64,000 nt of DNA from Eledone cirrhosa (GCA_964016885.1 OZ024743.1:127844001-127908000), one strand, 5' to 3'; counted from the first letter of the stretch, positions 27,385 through 41,232 are shown. Notes: a model not told the origin generated them from the sequence alone. Made by a program: numbers and translations.

Positions 27385-28000
27385 GTGAAAAGAACACTAA
27401 TTCAGAGCACAGGCATAAAACAAGGCATAAAAAAGGGATTAGTAAGTGGAGGTGGGTGTTCTAAAAGTACAGTAGCCAGAATGAGAAGGAGATGGAAGAA
27501 GTTCAGGGAGCTGCTAGCTACAAATGGCTTTTCCCTCAAAATGCCCCTATAATAGCTCCCTCCCTCCCAATCCCCACACACCTCCCAAGCCCACATTGTA
27601 AAGTGGTTGTAGTGGTGACCACTCCTCACACAAGCCCATATACCCACCACCCCAATCCTCACACACCTCCCCCACATGATCCCCTAGCACACTGTAAAGT
27701 GGTTGTGATGGTGACACAACAAAAAGCGCCTAGCCCACACTGTAAAGTAGTTGTGTCGGTATCCTGACAAAATGCACCCAGCCCACACTGTAAGATAGTC
27801 ATGTGGTTGTCATGACAAAAAGCCTTCAGTACACACTGTAAATGTGGTTAGTGTTAGGAAGGGCATCCAGCCATAGAAATCAAGCCAAAATTAGTTCTGT
27901 ATGAGCAAGATGTGATCATCTGACCTGGCTTATCTCACAATGGGACAACTCGTTTAACCCATGCTAGTGTGGAAAAATGGATGTTAAATGGAGATGATAT
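27385..28000 (+). mobile_element. RTE fragment plus SINE with internal tandem units
   Basis: WKKFRELL..; cacactgtaaagtggttgt x4-5; aggaagggcatccagcc; gatgttaaatg tail. Confidence 0.65.
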
Positions 28001-28151
28001 GTATATATGTATATATGTATATATGTATATATGTATGTATATGTTTTTTATTATGGCTAAGTGAGGAGCCTTGCTACTCTGGTGTTTCACCTGTATACTC
28101 ACAGGATACTTACTCTATAGATCTTGTGAGCATATATATATATATATATAT

Positions 28152-28400
28152 ATCATCATCATCATCATCGTTTAACGTCCATCTTCCACGCTTGCATGGG
28201 TTTGGACGGGAGTTTTCCCACTTGAGGCAAGAGTGGTTGTCTTGCTCGCATAGGACTGTCTGGCAGGTTTTCTACGGCTGGATGCCCTTCCTAACACCAA
28301 CCACATTTACAGTGTGGACTGGGAGATTTTTACCGTGTTACCTACACGGCCACATTACAGCGTGGACTGTGTGTTTTTTGTCGTGACACCTACACGACCT
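28152..28400 (-). mobile_element. SINE with (GAT)n tail
   Basis: Reverse complement of ggaagggcatccagccgtagaaa..gacgttaaacgatgatg. Confidence 0.65.
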
Positions 28401-28529
28401 CATTTGTTTCGAACTGGATGTTGTGGTACCAACATAACTTTACATTGAAAAGGGTGGTGTGGATGGGGTGGGGGTAGTGGGACGGGGTGTATTTTTGTTA
28501 GAGGTGCCTACTGACTGTAGTAGGTTTCA

Positions 28530-28715
28530 CTTTGTACTTAGGTAAGGCGGGTCTTCTGTATTACTGTGTAGCGCCAAAGATCTCGGTCCAGTGACATTGT
28601 CTTGGAGAGGTGTAAGTGTGTTAGGTCGGAATTTATCAAGTCGTCCCAGGTTTTTCTGGGTCTGCCTACTCCGTGGCTACCGTCTATTTTTATTGCCCTG
28701 CACTTTTTTATACAG

Positions 28716-28717
<2 letters not shown>
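28530..28717 (-). mobile_element. RTE-type LINE 3' fragment
   Basis: IKKCRAIKIDG..GRPRKTWDD..DRDLWR. Confidence 0.7.
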
Positions 28718-28769
<52 letters not shown>

Positions 28770-28775
<6 letters not shown>

Positions 28776-30426
28776 ATATGTGTGAAATCCTTGGTACAGT
28801 TAAGTATATTTGAAAAAAGGAAAAGAATGACTTCACTTGTAGTTCTAAACAATTTGATTTAATTTTATAATATTATAATATTCTTTGTTAACTTTAGTGG
28901 GAAGTTAACAAAGAACTTACTAGATCTACCAACTCATAATATTATAATATAAAATTAAATCAAATTGTTTAGAACTACAAGTGAAGTCATTTTTTTTCTT
29001 TTTTCACATATACAAATTGTCTACAAATGTAAGGTTGTAACACCCACGTCCTGTAGGGCCTACATAGGGTTAACCGCCAATAGATTCAAGCAGCGTCTTT
29101 ACACGCATACCCATTCTTTTCGTTACCCTCTAAGAAGGAATATGACGTCACTTTCAGCTTATATCTGGAGTCTAAAAGACAACCACACCCAATATAAGTT
29201 ACACTGGGAGATCCTAGCTAGGGCTAGATCGTATAACGGAAATAAAAGACCTTGTGACCTCTGCGCCGCTGAGACCCTGGAAATACTCTACGCCACAGAC
29301 CACATCTTAAACAAAAAATCTGAGGCAATTTCGGCTTGTAAACATAAATTGCACAAAACTTTCCTGTATTACAGCCCCACGTTATACCCTAATGGATAGT
29401 ACGATCTATACGTGGATATTTTACGTCTTGATGTGGGAGCTAAGTATATGTTTTGTTTATACCATTACTTATTTGCATAGGTAAGTATATATTACCCGTA
29501 TGTTTCGTGAAGGTACGTATACCTTCTCGTACGTATATTTGATTGTTTATGTTATGGCGTATAAACTTTTTTTATTTTTTTTATTCTGGTACATATGGTT
29601 TGGCTATGTGTATACCGGAGTTTTGCGTCTGTGTGAGTATGCAGGTTCGTACGTATGTAGGGTGTGTGTATATGTGCACTTCATGTTTTGGTTGACTTAC
29701 GTCTCCGAACATTCGTGTATTTACATGTAGGTATGTGTGCGCGCTTGTTATTTACGTATTTATTTATTTATATACGTTTATACAATTATTTATTTATTTA
29801 TTTGTATACACGCATACACACACACACACACACATATTTATATGTGCGTGGTTTTGTATACCTATGGTAAGTGTTTTGCGTATGCTTGTGTATGTACGTA
29901 TTTGTTTGCGTGTATGTATTTATTTATTTCTATTACTTCTGTATTGTATTTATTTACTTTGTTCTTAACTCTGTAGCGAAGATTCATTCGGTCTCCTAGT
30001 TAGAATTTTAGTGTACGACTTCTGCTATACCATTTACGTGGTTTTGTCGTGGCGTGCTATTGTTCTCCACGCTCCACATATGACGTATTATCTTCGTTTT
30101 TTTCGTTCATTGCCAGAGAACGTCTCTATGAACCACCTAAGAGAACATTAGTCTACGACCTCTTTTATACCATAAACGTGGTTCTGTTTTTGCGCGTAAT
30201 TGTTTTTCACCGCTCCTATTAATGACGTATCTTATTCGTTTTTTCCCGTTCTAGGCCAGCGAACGTTTCCACGAACCAAAGTATCGTCTTCCTGTCTTCC
30301 TCCGGTTGCAACGTTTTATGAAATATCCACTTCTGCGTTTACAGATTGACTTTGTTAGTTTCAGAAGATCCCGTTAAGGGTGAAAGCAGCGATTCTTTGC
30401 TTAAACTTTAATCTGTTATTTTAATA
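28770..30426 (+). mobile_element. 5'-truncated Penelope-like element
   Basis: GIY-YIG IVYKCKV..AYIGLT..FKQRLYTH..CDLC (29010-29399); inverted repeat 28805-29010 at the 5' junction; 3' hammerhead. Confidence 0.85.
30357..30407 (+). ncRNA. Type I hammerhead with full stem III (core CAGAAGA, U4A)
   Basis: AGTTT-CAGAAGA-tCCC gttaa GGGt-GAAA-GCA..TGC-TT-AAACT; truncated copy at 4756-4815. Confidence 0.55.
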
Positions 30427-31023
30427 ATATATATATGCATACCAGTGGCGAAGTGTAACCTAGAAAGTAGGACATGCAGTCCAATCGCCATGGCGAAAAG
30501 TGGGACTGTGCAGCCTTACCCCCCCCCCTCCCAATTCCCTCTAAATGACCCTCCTGGTCAAAGCCACATGTAGTGTTATCTAGTGTGTGTGTGTGTTATC
30601 TTTTTATGTGTCTACAATTTAGTAAGCAGTCAAAATTCTGCTTGCCCCAAAGCTGTCGTGTGTTTGTGTGTATGTGTTTGTGTGTATGTGTGTGTGTGTG
30701 TGTGTTATCTGTTTTTGTGTCTACGATTTAGTAAGCAGCCAAAATTCTGCTTGCTTCAACCGACGCAATGGATCAACTCAAGATTCTATAACGCATGCAC
30801 GGAACCTTGGCTCCTGATGCATACTTACATTTATATATATGATGAGCATCAGCCATTTCTGTCTACTAAATATCAGTCATAAGGTATTGATCAACCCAAA
30901 GCTATAATAGAAGAATTTTGCCTAATTTTTTTTCACAGTTTAACTGAACACGAAACTATGTAGCTGTGACACAAACTCTTTAACCAGACCTATCTTTAAA
31001 AAAAAGAATTGATTTTTACTTAC

Positions 31024-31167
31024 GCTTTACACACTTGGTCTTTCGGTTGGTTGCTATGTGACCAGGAAGGCAATGGCATTTGTTTAAAACACATTCAGAA
31101 TTCTGGATAAAATCAGTACAGAGGCAGCATGTATCATGCTGTTGACAGGCGCTGTCCACACGTTTGG
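31024..31167 (-). CDS. Host gene exon: EB-module/EGF-like Cys-rich domain
   Basis: tttcag..gtaagt, 144 bp, phase 1-1: KRVDSACQQHDTCCLCTDFIQNSECVLNKCHCLPGHIATNRKTKCVK. Confidence 0.85.
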
Positions 31168-31204
31168 CTGAAATAAATTACAATGTTTATTAATTATGGA
31201 ATAC

Positions 31205-31600
31205 ATAATGACAAAAGGCACACAGTCCACTCAGTAAGGTGGTTGTACTGGTGTCACAATAAAAAACACCAAGTCCATCCTATAAGGTGATAGTGTTGGT
31301 GTCATGAAAACATGTACCCAGAATGCTTGGCAAAGTAGTAGTTCTGGTGCCACATTAAAATGCACCCAGAACAATCTATAAAGTGGTAACGCTGATTGCA
31401 CAACAAAACACACCCAGTACATCCCATAAGGTGGTTGATGTTTGAAAGAACATCCAGTCATAAAATTGATGCCAAATATAGAACATATGAGCAAGATGGG
31501 GTCTCTCTGACATGTCTAGGTTAGGACTATGACAACCCATGGAACACATGTCAGCATCTAAGGTGGATGTAAAATGGCAATGATGGTGATGGTGATGCTA
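31205..31600 (+). mobile_element. Old SINE with (GAT)n-like tail
   Basis: Degenerate version of the 27385 family. Confidence 0.5.
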
Positions 31601-32120
31601 ATTGTTTTTTAGGTTAGCTAAGGAGAAAGGGCCAATGTTCCTGACCCTTTCCAGGACCTCTGAGACATGGGAGAGAGGAAAGTAGCTGCAAACCAAAAAC
31701 CTATCCCAGATCAACAGAGCAAATACCTAAGTATCAGGCTGGTGGTGTTAAACTAGGTAACAAATTAAATATACCATGAACAAATATCACAATGCATCTC
31801 TTTTGATGCACTGATAATTTCACCTATTGGACTTTATTTTATTGATCCAAAACTGGTGTATTTAAGGGGCATGGTGTAGTCAGTTATATTGACCTCTAAA
31901 TTGTGTATTTAATGGGAGATGAGATAGTTGATTATATTGATCCCAATACTGTAGTATTAATTCTATCGCCCTAAGAGGGTGAAAGTTGACTTTGATGGAA
32001 TTTGAACTTAGAACATAAAGTTCCATGATTACATACCAAAACTCCTTCCACCTCTCCACAAGCCCACCCACCCCTTACATAACATATAGTCCACCAATTT
32101 GATCAGCCCTTTATATAATA

Positions 32121-32973
32121 CTAGCAGCAGGACTCGGTGTTGCACGGGGTAGGAAACGTGAAATAGCAACATGTGTATGCAAAAATTGAGGAATGTAGCT
32201 GTGTACTTTTTTAATTCCCTTATTCTCAGGGAATGATTGTTCATCTACTGGAAATGTAGAACACCAGGAGGCCTGAATCGTGAAACATCTTCATGCATGT
32301 GCAAAATCTGAAGAAAATCAGCTGGATGCTCTTTAAGCGTACTAAATCTTAGAGTATGATTTTTCTTCCATTTGGAGAAAATCGGTTAGGTACTTTTCGA
32401 GTTTTATAGATCCGCACCCAGTCATCCGGACAGACATCATCAGTTATGTCTATTACACCTGCATGCATACTGTACAGAGTAAAGCCTGCAATGCTTGAGT
32501 AAGACATGTCATGCAACCACACAACATGTTGGGCCTTCCCCACAGGAGACCATAGCCTCTTCGTAAATCTACCCAATCTGATATAGACCGAACTGTTATA
32601 TCGGATGCCGAACGCATCGGAATTACTATCGGGGTCACCATCAACGATTTCAAGTGATGTACGTTTAAGTAGGCATAATATAGTCTATAAAGAGAGGTAA
32701 CTCTTTCAAAATACCAAAGAGTTGTGTTTCTTGAACATTGTAGACAAAATTGCCGAATTGAATGAAAAAAGGGCTTCAAGTTTTAGTGAAAAAAACGCTT
32801 TTAACAACAAAAAAATTGAAAAATAAAAGCTGCAGTTAATATCTTTAGACCACAAGGAATATATAAATGCAAGTTTGAAGTCAATCAGAGTAGAAATGTG
32901 GATTTGTATAGACTTTGCCAAAATTAGGACACATACACACACAGACAACTTCAGTTTTATATATATGTATAGA
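32121..32973 (-). mobile_element. Non-autonomous Helitron
   Basis: A|TCTATAC..cccgtgcaacaccgag hairpin..CTAG|T termini. Confidence 0.8.
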
Positions 32974-33598
32974 TATTGTTCACACTTTCCACCTCTCTAT
33001 CGCCCCACCGACACCCGTAGGTAACATACATTCCACCATCCCCACCAACCCACCTTATATAACATGTAGTTCACCCACCACCTCCACCCTTTCATAGTAG
33101 GTAGTCCACCCTCTCCACTACCCCACCACCTCCACCCTTTCATAATATGTAGTTCACCTTCACTCTTACATAATAGGAAGTCAACCGTCTCCCCCACCAC
33201 ACCACCTCCACCCTTACATAACATGCAATCTACCCTCTCCAACATTTCACCACAACCACCACCTTTATATAGCATGTAGTCTATCTCTCCACCCCTCCAG
33301 TAACTCACCACCACCACTACCACACGTACATATATAATCTATCTCCCCCACAATCCATTACTACATTTACATTTGTTATCCACCCTATCAATCACCCACC
33401 ACCACTACCACCACCAACAACAACAACACCTCCACCACCACCACCCTTATGTAATATGTCCACTCTCTCCACCAGTTCTAACAACCCATCAAGCTTTATT
33501 AGTTCAATAGTAGTTAATATATTGTCCATTTTATTTCAGTTAATAGATAAGAGATATGAGGATTAGAGAAGCCCTAAAGACCTAAAGAAGTAGGTTAC

Positions 33599-33703
33599 CT
33601 TCATCACTCTTGTCTTTGCAGTCATCTACTTGGTCGTTGAGCCATCTGAAGGGGATACAGTTGCCATTGTTACAGCTAAATTTATTCAGACATGGCCGTT
33701 TAA
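33599..33703 (-). CDS. Host gene exon: LDL receptor class A repeat
   Basis: ttctag..gtaacc, 105 bp, phase 1-1: [34 protein letters not shown]. Confidence 0.9.
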
Positions 33704-33980
33704 CTAGAATTATAAAATATATTTAAATTTAAGCAGAAAAAGTGATGAATTCACTTATGGTTAATGTTATCAAATAGTTGTGTTTTTTTTTCATTGATTT
33801 CATGTCCATTTTAATTAGATGAAAGGTTAGATGGGTTAGATGAAAGCCTGAGCTTGTCCCAGTTTCACATGACATTAAAAGACTGAGAGTACAATAGTCT
33901 CCACTGAACAGGATCTAGTCTGCACAAGATTAACCCCAGCTGTTGCTGTTGTTACTCATTTTAAGCTGAGTCAGCTAGAG

Positions 33981-34622
33981 CAGCGGTCGCCAACGGGTGG
34001 TCCGAGAGAAAAGTTTGGTGGTCTGCAGGATAATTTGAACATTATTTGTAATTTTTATGTTTTATTAATAATAAAACAAAAATAATTGTTTCTACTTTAG
34101 GCACAAGGCCATCAATTACCCAGTGCATTACTGGTACTTTATTTTATCGACCCCGTAAGGATGAAAGGCAAAGTCAACCTCGGCGGGATTTGAACTCAGA
34201 TCGTAAAGGGTCGTAACTATGCTGGAAAGCATGGCGTCCGACCCTCCACCGATACTGCCAATCCACCGCCCTTTGTAATAAAACAAAAATAATATTCGGT
34301 TAAAATATATTTTATAATACCCCTAAAAAATGTTTCTCCTCGGTAAAGAACTAACATCCATGAAAGAAATTTACACATATGTATCATTTATCGACAATAT
34401 GACACACGTACACTTCAGCATTTATAATTTTGTTATAATTAAATAAGCATTTATAATTTTATATTTAATAGGTGCATATTAATAAAAATGGAAGTTCTCT
34501 GATTATTTGATTATTATTTTACAAATGTACTTATCTTTTTTAAAAAATTTGTATTAGTGGTCCGCGGGATTTAAAATTATGAATTTAGTGGTCCGTGATC
34601 TCCGAAAGATTGGCGACCGCTG
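33981..34622. mobile_element. hAT-type MITE
   Basis: TIR CAGCGGTCGCCAA/TTGGCGACCGCTG; 8-bp TSD agctagag/ggttagag. Confidence 0.85.
34082..34271 (-). mobile_element. Full-length Nin-SINE nested in the hAT MITE
   Basis: TSD taataaaacaaaaataat. Confidence 0.9.
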
Positions 34623-35799
34623 GGTTAGAGCAATATAAAATGAAATGCTTTGCTAAAGCACACAATGGTGGTGCCCCGGCATGGCCTCAGCCTGTTGGCT
34701 GGAACACGCAATAGAGTAATATAATCCAATAATGAAACTTATGATCTTACGCCCATGAAACCAACACAATAACGACTGTTATTGTTATAAAAATTAATAG
34801 CTCCCAAATCGGTTATATAAAAAGATCAACGCGAGGTGTGAGTAGGTTATGCCTGTAAGGAAGGTAAGAGAAGCATAGGCCGGCAGCCAAAACGATGGCT
34901 TGATAATGACAACTTATGGACTGGACTTGATCTTTGCTCTTTAGACTCTGCTGTTGGTGATCGAACTTTGTGGAGAAAAATATCTCATGTTGATGCGCAG
35001 TGTGCAACTGGCGGAGTTTAGCGTCCCAAACAACGCTCAAGTTATTGTATTATATTCTGCTTAATGGTATCAATCAGTTATTATGTAAACGAGTCCCACC
35101 GAAAGTGATCTCAATAAATGGTTTCAACTATATAATAATATCATCTTTAAGATTAGTAATTTTAATAGTTAAAATTAGTGATTTTAATAGTTAAAATTAG
35201 TGATTTTGATATATTAAACATCCACATGTTCTTTCGTGCATATTTATTGTTATTGTTGTGGTTAAAGTCTGTTCTAGAGTTTATCTTGGTTTCATTGGTG
35301 TTAAATGACTGAGAGTATAATGCAAGCCCCCTCATTTCCTGGCCAGGATACCAATCCATCGCAGGGTTAACTCCCTAGTAGCTGCTGAAGGTACTCAAGC
35401 ACACATTATACTACCAAGACTGGGAATCGAACCTACTAACCTTTACCACCACGAGTGTAACACCCTAATCATTTGTTTTTCAAGAGAGCCCCATGCAGTA
35501 CTCAACTATGTAAAAGCCTCCTTGATGGCTTGGAGGATGCATGTATAGATATATCTTTGATATTTTTATTAATTGATTTGATTATCCATTGATTGATATT
35601 AGTTGTATTAATTTTATTGATTACCCTGTTTAATTTGTACAATTATTGCCACCACACTACTAAATCTGTAGGAGTATACGCTGTTTCTGGAAGTCATTTC
35701 AGTTATCATTGAGTAAGATATTGTATGACACTGTTACAATGTCATAGATGCACAAAGCATCCTATGGTAGCGTGGTTTCGTTAATTTCTTGGTATATAT

Positions 35800-36234
35800 A
35801 TGTGTATGTCTGTGTATCTGTGTCTGTATGTCTGTGAATGTGTGTCTCTGTGTGTGTGTGTCTGTGTGTGTGTATGTGTGTGTATGTGTCTATGTGTGTG
35901 TCTGTGTCTGTATGTCTGTGAATGTGTGTCTGTGTGTGTGTGTGTCTGTGTGTGTGTATGTGTGTGTATGTGTCTATGTGTGTGTCTGTATGTCTGTGAA
36001 TGTGTGTCGCTGTGTGTGTGTGTCTGTGTGTGTGTATGTGTGTGTATGTGTGTGTCTGTATGTCTGTGAATGTGTGTCTCTGTGTGTGTGTGTCTGTGTG
36101 TGTGTATGTGTCTATGTGTGTGTCTGTGTGTCTATGCGCGTGTGTATGTGTATCTGTGTGTGTGTGTCTGTGTGTGTGTGTGTGTGTCTCTCTCTGTGAG
36201 TGTCTCTCTGTGAGTGTCTCTCTGTGTGTGTGAT

Positions 36235-36269
<35 letters not shown>

Positions 36270-36365
36270 GTGTGTTTGTGTGTCTATGTGTCTGTGTGTG
36301 TGTCTGTGTGTGGCTGCGCGTGTGTGTCTGTGCGTGTACGTGTGTGTGTGTGTGTGTGCATGAGA
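35800..36365. repeat. Compound (TG)n/(TC)n microsatellite
   Basis: Seen directly. Confidence 0.95.
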
Positions 36366-36551
36366 GTGAATGTCTAAAAGTTTATTTCAGTTAAAATATT
36401 AGTTTATCTTCTAAGCAATTCAACCACTGTTCCTATGATCAGGTGTACAACACACTAACCAGTGAGTCACACCCATCACACTTAAAATTACTAAATAAGG
36501 AAATATTGGATTGAATTGGTTAAACAAGAACAAAGAAATAAAATAAAAGAC

Positions 36552-36650
36552 CTTCATCAGAATTGTCAAAACAGTCACTGACGCCATCGAAGAACATGAT
36601 TTGATTGATACAGGTTCCATTTTGGCAAGGTAATTTACCGTTTCCACAGT
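36552..36650 (-). CDS. Host gene exon: LDL receptor class A repeat
   Basis: tttcag..gtcttt, 99 bp, phase 1-1: CGNGKLPCQNGTCINQIMFFDGVSDCFDNSDE. Confidence 0.88.
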
Positions 36651-36813
36651 CTGAAAATACATAAACATATTTACTGATCAATAACTCAGATATAATTTTT
36701 GTTTGATTTCTATATATTGTATGCGTCATCGATATATAGAATACAATTTTTACTTTAAAATATTAAATCTAAAAATCTGCCTGCATTTTACACTCCACTG
36801 ATATAATGATAAT

Positions 36814-36938
36814 AATAGTTGTTTCTACTTTAGGCACAAGGCCAGCAATTACCCAGTGCATTACTGGTACTTTATTTTATCGACCCCGTAAGGATGAAAG
36901 GCAAAGCTAACCTCGGCGGGATTTGAACTCAGATCATA
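36814..36938 (-). mobile_element. Nin-SINE (truncated)
   Basis: Core and tail. Confidence 0.85.
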
Positions 36939-36949
36939 GCTATATGATT

Positions 36950-39780
36950 AACAATGAAAATATATAAAAATATATAAAAATATACAAAATATCACAAAAT
37001 AAATTTCCCAATGAGGGCGAACCACCCAGGGGCGACTCAGGTACCCTACCAATCCTGGACCACCCGATGCTTCTCGGGCACCCTGGGTGGCCACCCCTTT
37101 CCGCTTCAAATTAATCAGCCTACAGGTGCATGTTCTCGCCACATTCACCCATCTTTTAACAAATGTACTGGGGGGGGGGGGCAGCACTTCTCTCTTCACC
37201 CTCACCTTCCTTTCCAAGTGAAACTTGAAAAAGTCGATGAGAAATTAACCGAAAAGAAAAGTGTCTGTCTTCAGGCCTTTCAACCTGGACAACTACACAC
37301 CCTCTTTTGCTACCACCACCAGACAGAGGAAAAGAAGGCGGCGGGGTGCCTTTCAGTATGGATTCGGCCGATAGCCGGATCCGTTCTACATGTGACAACA
37401 GCTGTTCGACATAACTCCACAAGTCAGCAATGCACCGACACTGCGTGCAGAACGATTTCGTCACTTTTCACGCATTTCGGGCAGTCCGTCTGACAGCACT
37501 TCCGTGTTTGTAGAGTTTATCAAGAACCGGCACTGACCCTCGTTAGCACTGTCAAGCGAGGGATTTCTGAAATGTTTCCATAGTCCCCGGCTCGAAAGTC
37601 CTCCGGAACAGAATGGTCAGTTCGACTTCGTCGGCGCCCAGAGCCTCTCCAAGTGCGTCGTCGTACTTTACCACTAATAATCCTCTATACAACTCGAGAG
37701 TGGAAGTTCCACTGATCGCATTGCCCAGTACCCAATCTCGATCTCTTCTTGACCCGGGACTGCAGTTCAGTCAAAGAGACGAGCTGCAGAAAGACCTGTC
37801 CTACATTTGTTCACGACGGTCAGACGGTAGTAGATGGCGGACACGATGTACGCGTTCGCCACCTCCGTCCGATCTTTCAGAGACAGCTTCCCCACAGCCT
37901 ATTTCTGGATGTGTGTAACTACCCTTATCGTAACCCCGTACCAATCCTTATCCGGTGATGTCGTCCGTATAAGCCAACACAACCTTTCTGCGTCTCGGTT
38001 TGATCAGGATGCCCTGCAACAGCTCCAGCATCCGCAGTAAAGGCTCGAGAGTCAATATGTACAGAAGGGAAGAAAGAGGGCACCCTTGACCGACCGACCG
38101 GTAGATCTGAAACGGTTCCAAAAGATGGCCATTAACTTTAACCACTGTGCGTTGCAGCGATCCAGCATCTGAAGACGAGACCGAAGCCAGCTGCGTTGAA
38201 GACAGCCTCTAAGTACCTGTGATCAGTTCTATCGAAAGGTTTTGATTGATCTAAATTGATCAGAGCCCCAGCAGAGCCAGGTTTACACCCCTAGCCTCTC
38301 TATGATGTATCGTATGTCGTGTATGGACCTGGTCGGTATTGCGCAAGTTTGCGCCTACCCTACCAAATCCTCGACGACGAGCGCCAATCTCTTCACTAAC
38401 ACCATGGCCAAAATCATAAACTCTGTGTTCAAATTTATGAGCCTGAAGTTATCTAACGTAGCGCTCTTGTTCTCGTCTTTCCTTATCAGCGTCACTATGC
38501 TCCGGCTCACAGAACTGGGAATACTGCCGTTCTGCTGCTAGTTGCAGTAGAGAGCTTCGAGGAGATCGGAGAAGTCTGGCGTATTTACGTAAAGCTCGTA
38601 GGGCAGACCATCCAAACCGGGTGACTTGCACCTCATTCAGCCGACTAACTCTCTGCTGAAGTTATTGGCCTTTTCGCAGTGCACAGCGTCGGCTGGCAAG
38701 AGACGCGGTAGGTCATCGAGATAAGGACTGAAATACGCTATAGTCTCCGTACCCCAGTTTCCCCCGAACAGCTGACGAAAGGCCTCACACATCTGCCTGG
38801 AATTGTTCACCTCGCATCCGTCTCGGTCCGTCAATGACCGAATTGTGGTTTGTTACTACGCTGCACCTCTGCCACGCGGGCCAATTGAACAGCTTTGGTT
38901 CCCTCAATTCTTAGCTCAGACAATGCAACCTTTGTGTTTCGCATTGAAGAAATGGTCTAATGCCATTCTCGCAGCTAGCACGTCTGTTACAATGCTACTG
39001 CAAATATCTCGTCTAATTTAGCTACCAGCTCTCCACCACATCCTATTTTTCTGTAATGCTACTTCTTTGCTAAAGCCTATAGAAATTACTCTAATCGCAC
39101 TTTTGAGAGCCCCCCCCCCCCCCCTCCGCAACATCTATTGTTGACGACATCTCCCCCATCACCTATTTCTTAACTAAATTGTTGACCCGGCCCCTGTAAG
39201 CCTTACGTGCCGGGAACGACAAGTTCAGCTTCCAGTAACCAGGTCCTAACCTACGTGTCTTATATAGGTGGCCCATACAGATCACAAACTTGTGATCTGA
39301 ATAGGTGACCATTTGAAAGTGTGGACAACCTATACTATTCTTATCTATTAACCCAATGAAAAGCCTATCTATATACGATCGAAATGGTCCAGATCCAGGT
39401 CCACACTGGCGCATTAGGGAAATCTAGTCAGTACCTGGTAAACAGGTGGAACTGGCTGATCAGGGCTTTTGCAATCAATCCCAGACCATCCCTCTCTAGG
39501 TGTCTTTTTAACGTCATGAGGGTACTGTCAGTACCCTACTCGACCATGCACCCCAGGAGCCATCATAGGTTCAGTCCTGGGGGATCCTGGGAATGCGGAC
39601 CTCTACAGTCCTTCTGCCCATGTGGTCCATTCTATAGGGGGACACCGAGTGTTTAATAGCAAGGGTTTCGGTTTTGAACAGCACCCAGATGGTGCCGAAC
39701 TGTCTGACCCTTGCTTTGTATTCTATTTCACGGAGAAATCCAGTAAAAAGCCACAGTCCCCCTGGCTACTAGGGCAAGTT
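36950..39780 (-). mobile_element. Degraded Tx1/L1-clade LINE ORF2
   Basis: Endonuclease SYIDR..SDHK..GPGYWKLN; RT RSVGQGCPLS..AYTDDIT; C-terminal zinc-finger region. Confidence 0.88.
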
Positions 39781-39802
39781 CCCCCTCCCAGTTGTTCTAC
39801 TC

Positions 39803-40240
39803 AATGATTTCTACTATAGACACAAGGCCAGTAATTTGAGGGGAGGGGAAAGTCGATTAAATCGACCCCAGTACATTACTGGTACTTTATTTTATCGACT
39901 CCGTAAGGATGAAAGGAAAAGTTAACACCGGCGGGATTTGAACTCAGATCATAAAGGGCCGTAACTCTATGCTGCAAAGCATGGCGTCCGACCCTCTACC
40001 GATACTGCCAATTCACCGCCCTAATAATAATTGTTTCTACTATAGACACAAGGCCAGCAATTTTTTTAAGCGGAAGGAAAAGTCGATTAAATCGACCCAG
40101 TACATTACTGGTACTTTATTTTATCGACCCCGTAAGGATGAAAAGCAAAGTTAACCTCGGCGGGATTTGAACTCAGATCATAAAGGGCCGTAACTCTATG
40201 CTGTAAAGCATGGCGTCCGACCCTTTACCGATACTGCCAA
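39803..40240 (-). mobile_element. Two tandem Nin-SINEs
   Basis: Longer subfamily carrying a gtcgatttaatcgac segment. Confidence 0.85.
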
Positions 40241-41232
40241 GACCGAGAGATAGCGCTTGGAAACTGGAATGTCTCCAGGCGCTCACTGCCCTCTCCCAGT
40301 TGGGCACCAGTATCGGTGGAACATCCACCTCGGCGTTCTATAGAGGACTAGTGGAGGGGAAGAGCGACGACGTTCTCGGAGAGATCCTGGGCGTCGAAGA
40401 AGATCAGCTGTTTGCTCTCTTCCGGAGAACTTTCAGCCCGGGGCCTATGGATAACTTCCAAAAATCCCTGGCCTGGCAGTGCTACCGGGGAGCGTTGCCG
40501 GTTCGAGATAAGCTCTACAGGCACGGAAGTGCCGTCAGCCGAGCCTGTCCGAGATGCGCGCATAGCGACGAAACCGTTGTGCACGCACTCGTTCAATGCC
40601 CGAGCATTGCTGACTTGTGGAGCTATGGCGAACAGTTGCTGTCACGTGTGGGACTGATCCGGTTGTCGACTGAGTCTATTGTGCAGATGGTCTCGCCGTC
40701 TTCCTTTGAGGAGGAGGGGCAGGCGGTTTTCATCTGCCCGGTGGCCATGGCGAAAGAGATTGTGTGGTGGACAAGGTTAAAAGGATAAAGACAAACACTT
40801 TCCTCTTCGGCGAATCAATAATTAACTTTTTCAAGTTTCACTTGAAGAGGAAAATCAGGGTGGAGAGGCAAGTGCTGCTTTCTAGCAAGTTTGTTGAAAG
40901 GTGGGTGAATGTAGCGAGAATGGTCCGAGTGAACGGGACCGCTCTGAATATACGTCTGTAGTTTGAGAGATGGAAAAATTGAGAGAGGGCGCTTGCCCTG
41001 GTAGTCAGGGTGACCGTGGTCTTTTGTGTGATTTTCGCCACGAGTAACCCTCGGAGGTTTCCCCCCTATTGGGGAATTTTTCATTGTTTCAATTTTCATT
41101 TTATTGTTTATATATATGTTTTATGTCTTTTTTCTTTTCTTATATAAATAATAAAAATATTTACACGCACAAAACCCACATCGTACCGCCCTGTTCCGTC
41201 TGTGATGTTTTTCTTGATGGCCAATAAAGAAA

